A DNA stretch of 64,000 bases. Source: Acidimicrobiales bacterium. GTDB taxonomy: Bacteria; Actinomycetota; Acidimicrobiia; Acidimicrobiales; UBA8190. Within the stretch, counting starts at the first letter, position 1, and each line of letters begins with the position of its first letter. Of the stretch, positions 58,054 through 64,000 are shown in pieces. Below the pieces are notes generated by a model that was given only the letters and a program-made list of their open reading frames with translations, made no database searches and was not told the DNA's origin. Location of the stretch: assembly GCA_036511675.1 (NCBI GenBank), contig DATCBU010000117.1:10619-74618 (forward strand), read 5' to 3'. The translations under genes and the position numbers were made by a program.

Positions 58054-59289
58054 GTGCCGTCCCGCGCGGAACCCGCCCGAGAGCCGGAAGGTCGTGATGT
58101 CGTGGCCAGTGCACGAGAGCTGTTGACCCAGGCCAAGTCGGCCATCCGTGAGGCCCAGGCCGACGAGGTCCAGCCGCGCCTGGATGACGCCGACGTGGTG
58201 TGGCTCGACGTGCGCGAGCCCGACGAGTACGAGCAGGGGGCGATACCCGGGGCGCTGCACCTTCCCCGAGGACAGCTGGAGTTCCAGGTCGAGGGGAGGA
58301 TCCCCGACAAGGCGCGTCCGGTCGTCGTGTACTGCGCGGCGGGGGTGCGTTCGGCCTTCGCGGCCAAGACCATGACCGACCTGGGCTACACCGACGTGGT
58401 CTCGCTCATCGGCGGGTTCAACCGCTGGAAGGACGAGGGCCGTCCCTGGAAGACGCCGCGCACCTTGACCCCCGAACAGCGCAACCGGTACCAGCGGCAC
58501 CTGCTGGTGAACGAGGTGGGGGAGGAGGGCCAGCTCAAGCTGCTCGACTCGCGCGTGCTTCTGCTGGGCGCGGGAGGGCTGGGCTCGCCTGCCGCGCTGT
58601 ACCTGGCGGCCGCCGGAGTGGGCACCATCGGCATCATCGACATGGACGTCGTCGACGCCTCGAACCTCCAGCGCCAGATCCTGCATTCGATGGACCGCAT
58701 CGGCGAGCGCAAGGTGGACTCCGCCAAGAAGACCCTCACCGGGCTCAATCCCGACGTCGATGTGGTGACCTACGACGTGCGGCTCGGAGCCGACAACATC
58801 CTCGACATCATCGACGGCTACGACCTCATCGTGGACGGCACCGACAACTTCCCCACGCGCTACCTGGTGAACGACGCCTCACTGCTGAAGCGGATCCCGG
58901 TGGTCCACGGCTCGATCTTCCGCTTCGAGGGCCAGGCCACGGTCTTCGACCCCTACAACGGGCCCTGCTACCGGTGCATGATCCCCGAGCCCCCGCCCGC
59001 CGAGTTGGCACCCTCGTGTGCCGAGGCCGGCGTGCTGGGCGTGCTACCCGGCATCATCGGGTCGATCCAAGCCGTCGAAGCCATCAAGATGCTTCTCGGG
59101 ATCGGCGACCCCCTCGTGGGGCGCCTCCTCGCCTACGACGCCCTGGAGGAGTCGTTCCGCACGTTCAAGGTGCGGCGCGACCCGGAGTGCCCGGCATGTG
59201 GAGAGCACGCTGCGCCCATCGTGATCGCCGAGTACGACGACTTGTGCATGCCCCACGCGCTGGCGCCGACGGTGGCCACCTCGGACTGA
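58054..59289 (+). CDS. rhodanese-ThiF/MoeB-type adenylyltransferase/sulfurtransferase
   Basis: The N-terminal rhodanese domain has active-site CAAGVRS. The E1-like domain follows with LLLGAGGLGSPAALYLAAAGVG and NLQRQILH, plus two Cys pairs (CYRC, CPAC). An alternative GTG start lies at 58102. Confidence 0.8.
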   Translation: MPSRAEPAREPEGRDVVASARELLTQAKSAIREAQADEVQPRLDDADVVWLDVREPDEYEQGAIPGALHLPRGQLEFQVEGRIPDKARPVVVYCAAGVRSAFAAKTMTDLGYTDVVSLIGGFNRWKDEGRPWKTPRTLTPEQRNRYQRHLLVNEVGEEGQLKLLDSRVLLLGAGGLGSPAALYLAAAGVGTIGIIDMDVVDASNLQRQILHSMDRIGERKVDSAKKTLTGLNPDVDVVTYDVRLGADNILDIIDGYDLIVDGTDNFPTRYLVNDASLLKRIPVVHGSIFRFEGQATVFDPYNGPCYRCMIPEPPPAELAPSCAEAGVLGVLPGIIGSIQAVEAIKMLLGIGDPLVGRLLAYDALEESFRTFKVRRDPECPACGEHAAPIVIAEYDDLCMPHALAPTVATSD

Positions 59290-59346
59290 ACGGCGGCCGC
59301 ACAAATCGGGACGGGGACTGGGCGTTGGCGCTGTCCATTCCCTAAC

Positions 59347-60936
59347 GTGGGTGGCGTGAGCGACGAGTCAAGACGGACCGATTCGGGCATCGAGATCCGG
59401 CCCGTCTACGGCCCGGCCGACCTGGAGGGTTGGGATCCGGAGCGTCGCTTGGGCGAGCCCGGCCAGCCGCCCTACACGCGCGGCATCTACCCCTCGATGT
59501 ACCGGGGCCGGCTGTGGACCATGCGGCAGTACGCCGGGTTCGGGACCGCCGAGGACACCAACGAGCGGTTCAAGTTCCTTCTGGGGGCAGGGCAGACGGG
59601 TCTGTCGTGCGCCTTCGACCTCCCCACGCAGATGGGTCTCGACTCCGACCACGTGCGGGCCGAGGGCGAGGTGGGCAAGGTGGGCGTGGCCATCGACTCG
59701 CTGGCCGACATGCGGCTCCTGCTGGCGGGGCTCCCCCTCGACAAGGTCACCACGTCGATGACCATCAATGCCACCGCCGCCATCTTGTTGTTGTTCTACG
59801 AGCTCGTGGCCGACGAACAGGGTGTGGCGCCGGACATGCTGGGTGGCACCATCCAGAACGACATCCTGAAGGAGTACGTGGCGCGCGGCACCTACATCTA
59901 CCCACCGCGCTCGTCGATGCGGTTGATCACCGACACCTTCGCCTACTGCGCCGAGCGGATGCCCAACTGGAACAGCATCTCCATCTCGGGCTACCACATC
60001 CGCGAAGCCGGTTCCACGGCGGTGCAGGAGATCGCCTTCACCCTGGCCGACGGCATCGCCTACGTCGAGGCGGCCCTGGCGGCGGGGCTGAGCGTCGATG
60101 CGTTCGCACCGCGGCTGTCGTTCTTCTGGAACGCCCACAACAACCTCTTCGAAGAGGTGGCCAAGTACCGTGCCGCCCGCCGCATGTGGGCCAAGATCAT
60201 GAGCGAGCGCTTCGGGGCCCGGGACGAGCGGTCCAAGCTGCTGCGGTTTCACACCCAGACCGGCGGTTCCACCCTCACCGCCCAGCAGCCCGAGGTCAAC
60301 ATCGTCCGGGTCACGCTCCAGGCCCTGGCGGCGGTGATGGGGGGGACCCAGAGCCTGCACACCAACGGGTTCGACGAGGCCCTCGGGTTGCCCACGACCA
60401 ACGCGGCCAAGATCGCACTGCGCACCCAGCAGGTCATCGGCTACGAGTCCGGTGTGCCCGACACCGTCGACCCCTTGGCAGGGTCGTACTTCGTGGAGAA
60501 GCTCACCGACGAGGTCGAGGCCGCGGCGTGGGACTACCTCGAGCGCATCGACACCATGGGTGGGGCGGTGGCCGCCATCGAGGCCCGGTTCATGCAGGGT
60601 GAGATCGAGATGGCCGCCTACGAGTTCGCCAAGGCAGTCGACGACGGCGAGAAGATCGTGGTGGGTGTGAACCGCTTCACCGATGAAGCCGCCGAGCCCA
60701 CGGAGGTCTTTCCCATCGACCCCGCCCAGCAGCAGGCGCAGATCGACCGAACTCGGCGGGTGCGGGCCGAGCGTGACCAGGCCGCGGTGGACGCGGCGCT
60801 CGCCGATGTGGCCGCCGCGGCGCGGGGCACGCGGAACCTCCTCGTGCCCATGCGCGAGGCCCTGCACCGCATGGCGACCTTGGGCGAGGTCTCTGACGTC
60901 CTGCGCGAGGCATTCGGCGTCTACCAGCCCACCTGA
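59347..60936 (+). CDS. methylmalonyl-CoA mutase-family large (catalytic) subunit, no B12-binding domain
   Basis: Contains [37 protein letters not shown] and [14 protein letters not shown]. It ends before a cobalamin-binding module. Confidence 0.85.
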   Translation: MGGVSDESRRTDSGIEIRPVYGPADLEGWDPERRLGEPGQPPYTRGIYPSMYRGRLWTMRQYAGFGTAEDTNERFKFLLGAGQTGLSCAFDLPTQMGLDSDHVRAEGEVGKVGVAIDSLADMRLLLAGLPLDKVTTSMTINATAAILLLFYELVADEQGVAPDMLGGTIQNDILKEYVARGTYIYPPRSSMRLITDTFAYCAERMPNWNSISISGYHIREAGSTAVQEIAFTLADGIAYVEAALAAGLSVDAFAPRLSFFWNAHNNLFEEVAKYRAARRMWAKIMSERFGARDERSKLLRFHTQTGGSTLTAQQPEVNIVRVTLQALAAVMGGTQSLHTNGFDEALGLPTTNAAKIALRTQQVIGYESGVPDTVDPLAGSYFVEKLTDEVEAAAWDYLERIDTMGGAVAAIEARFMQGEIEMAAYEFAKAVDDGEKIVVGVNRFTDEAAEPTEVFPIDPAQQQAQIDRTRRVRAERDQAAVDAALADVAAAARGTRNLLVPMREALHRMATLGEVSDVLREAFGVYQPT

Positions 60937-60947
60937 AGCGAAGGCCC

Positions 60948-62150
60948 TCAGCCCGTGCGGGCCAGCAAGTGGGCGCGCAACGTGTCGTCGGTGGCGGCGT
61001 CGATGGCCGTCCACGCCATGCCTAGCGCGCCGTCGAACACGGCCTGTTCGGCCGAGGGGCCGAGACAGGCGGCCGCGAACTCGGCCTGGTGGTTGACCGC
61101 CCCGTGGGACTCGATGCCGATCATGGGGTGGATGGACGGTACGGCCAGCGAGACGTTGGCCATGTCGGTGGAGATGGTGGGGCGGGCCTCGTGGCGCTCG
61201 TCGGCCCCGTAGTGCCGGCCCAGCTCCTCGGCGTTGTGCCGCCACGCCTCGAGGAGGAGGTCGTCGGAGACGAAGTGCGAGTACGTGGGGGCCAGGTCGC
61301 GGATCTCGAGGGTGCTGCCCGTGGCGAGCCCGCCCGCCTCGAAGCAGCGCTCGATGCGCGGTCGCAGGAGCGCCAGGTCCTCGAGGGTCCGCGCCCGCAC
61401 CATGAAGCGGCCACGGGTCTCCTGGGGGACGATGTTGGGGGCGTCTCCCCCCTTGGTCACGATGCCGTGCACCTGGTCGCCGCGGTGCAGGTGCTGGCGG
61501 ATGAGGCCGATGGCCACCTGCGCCACCACCATGGCGTCCGCGGCGTTGACTCCCTGGTCGGGTGAGGCCGAGGCGTGAGCGGCGCGGCCCGTGTAATGGA
61601 CCTCGATGTGGTCGACCGCCAGGCAGGTGGCCACGAGCCGGTCCTCGGGCCAGGGGTGGACCATCATGGCGGCGTGGGCGCCCTCGAAGGCGCCGCGCTC
61701 GAGGAGCAGAACCTTGCCGCCGCCGCCCTCTTCGGCCGGCGTGCCGAGCACGGTGATCGACAGGCCCAGGTCGTCGGCCATGCCCGCCAGGGCGATTCCC
61801 GCTCCCAGCGACGCCGCCGCGATGAGGTTGTGCCCACAGGCGTGGCCCACGGCCGGGAGGGCGTCGTACTCGGCGCAGATCACGATCGACAATGGCCCCG
61901 ATCCCACGCGACCCCGCACCGCCGTGGCCAGGTCGTGGGGACCGCGTTCCACCTCGAAGCCGGCCTCGTCGAGCATGTCCCCGACGCGCTGGACGGCCCG
62001 CACCTCTTCGAAACAGAGCTCCGGCTCGTCGTGGATGGCGCGGCTGAGCCCGACCAGGGCGGGCTGGAGATCCTCGGTGGCCCGACGCGCCGCCCGCTTG
62101 GCTGCCCCGACATCGTGAGCAGCACCGCCACCCATGTCGGTCCCGCTCAC
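60948..62150 (-). CDS. M20-family amidohydrolase/peptidase
   Basis: Contains [28 protein letters not shown] and MVHP. The start overlaps the upstream stop by 4 nt. Confidence 0.8.
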   Translation of the reverse strand: MSGTDMGGGAAHDVGAAKRAARRATEDLQPALVGLSRAIHDEPELCFEEVRAVQRVGDMLDEAGFEVERGPHDLATAVRGRVGSGPLSIVICAEYDALPAVGHACGHNLIAAASLGAGIALAGMADDLGLSITVLGTPAEEGGGGKVLLLERGAFEGAHAAMMVHPWPEDRLVATCLAVDHIEVHYTGRAAHASASPDQGVNAADAMVVAQVAIGLIRQHLHRGDQVHGIVTKGGDAPNIVPQETRGRFMVRARTLEDLALLRPRIERCFEAGGLATGSTLEIRDLAPTYSHFVSDDLLLEAWRHNAEELGRHYGADERHEARPTISTDMANVSLAVPSIHPMIGIESHGAVNHQAEFAAACLGPSAEQAVFDGALGMAWTAIDAATDDTLRAHLLARTG

Positions 62151-63901
62151 TCGATCACGGCGATCACGTCACCGGGGCCCACCGAGTCGCCGGCCGCCAC
62201 CTTGACCTCTTTGACCGTGCCGGCCTTTTCGGCGTTGATGGCGTTCTCCATCTTCATGGCCTCGAGCAGGCAGACCGTCTCACCCACCTCGACGGCGTCG
62301 CCGGGGGCCACGAGGATCTTGACGATGGTGCCCTGCATGGGAGCCGTGACCGATCCCGACCCCGATCCCGCCAGGGTCGTCCTCGGCTTGTGGGGCCGGG
62401 TGCCGCCCCTGCCGCCCGCGCCGGTGGACACGTCGGGGACCCACAGCCGTACCTGGTAGCGCCGACCGTCGACCTCGGCCGTGACCTCGCGCAACACCCG
62501 GGGGGCGCTGTCGTCGGGGCCCGGTGCGGCCGAGTCGGCGGGTACCGGTGTCAGCGAGGTGAGGTCGAGGCGGTCCTCCACCCACCGCGTGGAATGGCGG
62601 GCCTCGATGAAGTCGGGGTGCGACAGAATGGCGACGTCGGCGGGGATGGTGGTGGCGATGCCTGTGATCACGGTCTCGTCGAGAGCCCGCAGCATGCGCC
62701 GCCGAGCGGACTCGCGGTCGGGCCCCCACACGATCAGCTTGGCCACGAGGTTGTCGTAGTACTGGCTCACGGTGTCGCCCGCTTCGTAGCCGGCGTCGAG
62801 GCGCACCCCGGGTCCGCCCGGCGCCCGGAAGGTGGCGATGGTGCCGGGGGAGGGGAGGAACCGGCCACCGGCGGGGTCCTCGGCGTTGATGCGGACCTCG
62901 ATGGCGTGCCCGTTGCGCTGCACCTCGTCCTGGGTGAAGCCCAGCGCCTCGCCCGAGGCCACGCGCAACTGCCACTCGACGAGGTCGAGCCCGGTCACCA
63001 TCTCGGTGACGGGGTGTTCCACTTGCAGGCGCGTGTTCATCTCCAAGAAGAAGAACTCGCCACCCTCGTAGAGGAACTCCACCGTGCCGGCGTTGACGTA
63101 GCCGCACGCCTTGGCCACAGTCACCGCCGCCTCACCCATGGCGCGGCGGACCTCGTCGGGGAACTCCGCCGCGGGGCTCTCCTCGACGAGCTTCTGGTGA
63201 CGGCGCTGCGGCGAGCAGTCCCGCTCGCCCAGCCACAGGGTGTTGCCGTGGGTGTCGCCGATGACCTGCATCTCGATGTGGCGCGGCCACTCGAGGTACC
63301 GCTCCACATAGATCTCGGGCCGGCCGAAATACGACTGGGCCTCTCTTTGGGCGGACTCCACGGCGTCGGCCACCTCGTCGGCCGACGACACCACCTTCAT
63401 GCCGCGGCCACCGCCGCCGTAGGCGGCCTTGATGGCGACGGGCCATCCCACCGCCGCACCGAACTCGGCCACCTGGGCGGCGTCGGTGATGGGCTCGGTC
63501 CGGCCCGGGACCCCTGACACGCCCACCGCTTCGGCCGCCCGGCGGGAGCTGATCTTGTCCCCCATGATCTCGATGGCCTCGGGCGGGGGCCCGATGAAGG
63601 TCACACCGGCCGCCGTGATGGCCCGGGCGAAGTCCGTGTTCTCCGAGAAGAAGCCGTAGCCGGGGTGCACGGCGTCGGCACCGCTGCGGGAGATGGCGTC
63701 GAGGATGGCCTCGGTGTTGAGGTAGCTCTCGGCCGCCGTCTGGCCGCCGAGGGGATAGGCCTCGTCGGCCATGCGCACGTGCAGGGCGTCACGGTCCAAC
63801 TCGGAGTACACCGCCACCGTGGCGATGCCCAGCTCGCGGCAGGTGCGGATGACGCGCACGGCGATCTCGGCGCGGTTGGCGATCAGGACCTTGTGGAACA
63901 C
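62147..63901 (-). CDS. acyl-CoA (acetyl/propionyl-CoA) carboxylase alpha subunit: biotin carboxylase + BCCP
   Basis: Starts [25 protein letters not shown], with an ATP-grasp core and a C-terminal biotinyl motif LEAMKMEN. Confidence 0.9.
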   Translation of the reverse strand: MFHKVLIANRAEIAVRVIRTCRELGIATVAVYSELDRDALHVRMADEAYPLGGQTAAESYLNTEAILDAISRSGADAVHPGYGFFSENTDFARAITAAGVTFIGPPPEAIEIMGDKISSRRAAEAVGVSGVPGRTEPITDAAQVAEFGAAVGWPVAIKAAYGGGGRGMKVVSSADEVADAVESAQREAQSYFGRPEIYVERYLEWPRHIEMQVIGDTHGNTLWLGERDCSPQRRHQKLVEESPAAEFPDEVRRAMGEAAVTVAKACGYVNAGTVEFLYEGGEFFFLEMNTRLQVEHPVTEMVTGLDLVEWQLRVASGEALGFTQDEVQRNGHAIEVRINAEDPAGGRFLPSPGTIATFRAPGGPGVRLDAGYEAGDTVSQYYDNLVAKLIVWGPDRESARRRMLRALDETVITGIATTIPADVAILSHPDFIEARHSTRWVEDRLDLTSLTPVPADSAAPGPDDSAPRVLREVTAEVDGRRYQVRLWVPDVSTGAGGRGGTRPHKPRTTLAGSGSGSVTAPMQGTIVKILVAPGDAVEVGETVCLLEAMKMENAINAEKAGTVKEVKVAAGDSVGPGDVIAVIE

Positions 63902-64000
63902 GCCATACCTTTCATGAGCGGGGGCCGTTCACCGTCGGGGCCCTCCACGATCGGGCCCGTCCGGATGAGGGACCACCACACTGGCACGGCCCGTAGGGTG

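Overview
High-GC (Actinomycetota-type) chromosomal window, densely coding on both strands. I support about 59 CDSs and one frameshifted pseudogene. I recognised no rRNA, tRNA or CRISPR array. All calls come from reading the six-frame translations, motifs I recognise, wobble-position G/C bias, start-codon and RBS context, and gene packing; no database search was possible.

Content is mostly core metabolism:
- Pyruvate/2-oxoacid dehydrogenase parts: aceE-type E1, then separately lpd, E2 and a single in-frame LipB-LipA ORF.
- Acyl-CoA dehydrogenases, SDRs, an aldo/keto reductase, thiE, gdh, RNase HI, pepA and an M24 peptidase.
- Cobalamin-linked genes: metH, a PduO-type adenosyltransferase and a methylmalonyl-CoA mutase large subunit.
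- A biotin carboxylase/BCCP subunit.

Interspersed are envelope and regulatory modules:
- Two ECF sigma genes, each overlapped by a membrane-anchored partner gene; one partner carries seven Asp-box (BNR) motifs.
- A WhiB-like regulator.
- A GGDEF-EAL protein with degenerate EAL motifs.
- Two paralogous double-FtsX permeases with no ATPase gene in the window.
- Several secreted or repeat proteins.

Most unusual signals:
1. A small ORF (24594-24917) with 22 consecutive X-X-Ser triplets.
2. A 377-nt A/T-enriched, hairpin-rich non-coding region (13342-13718) in front of a group of secreted-protein genes.
3. The continuous LipB-LipA reading frame.
4. Three tandem 11-nt GTTCAC-type direct repeats (PhoP/OmpR-like) in a divergent promoter.
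5. A perfect 24-bp palindrome upstream of the whiB-like gene.
6. A recurring pattern of roughly threefold micro-tandem repeats at or near gene 3' ends.

Start codons are often uncertain: GTG/TTG starts are common, and many track ORFs have spurious 5' extensions.
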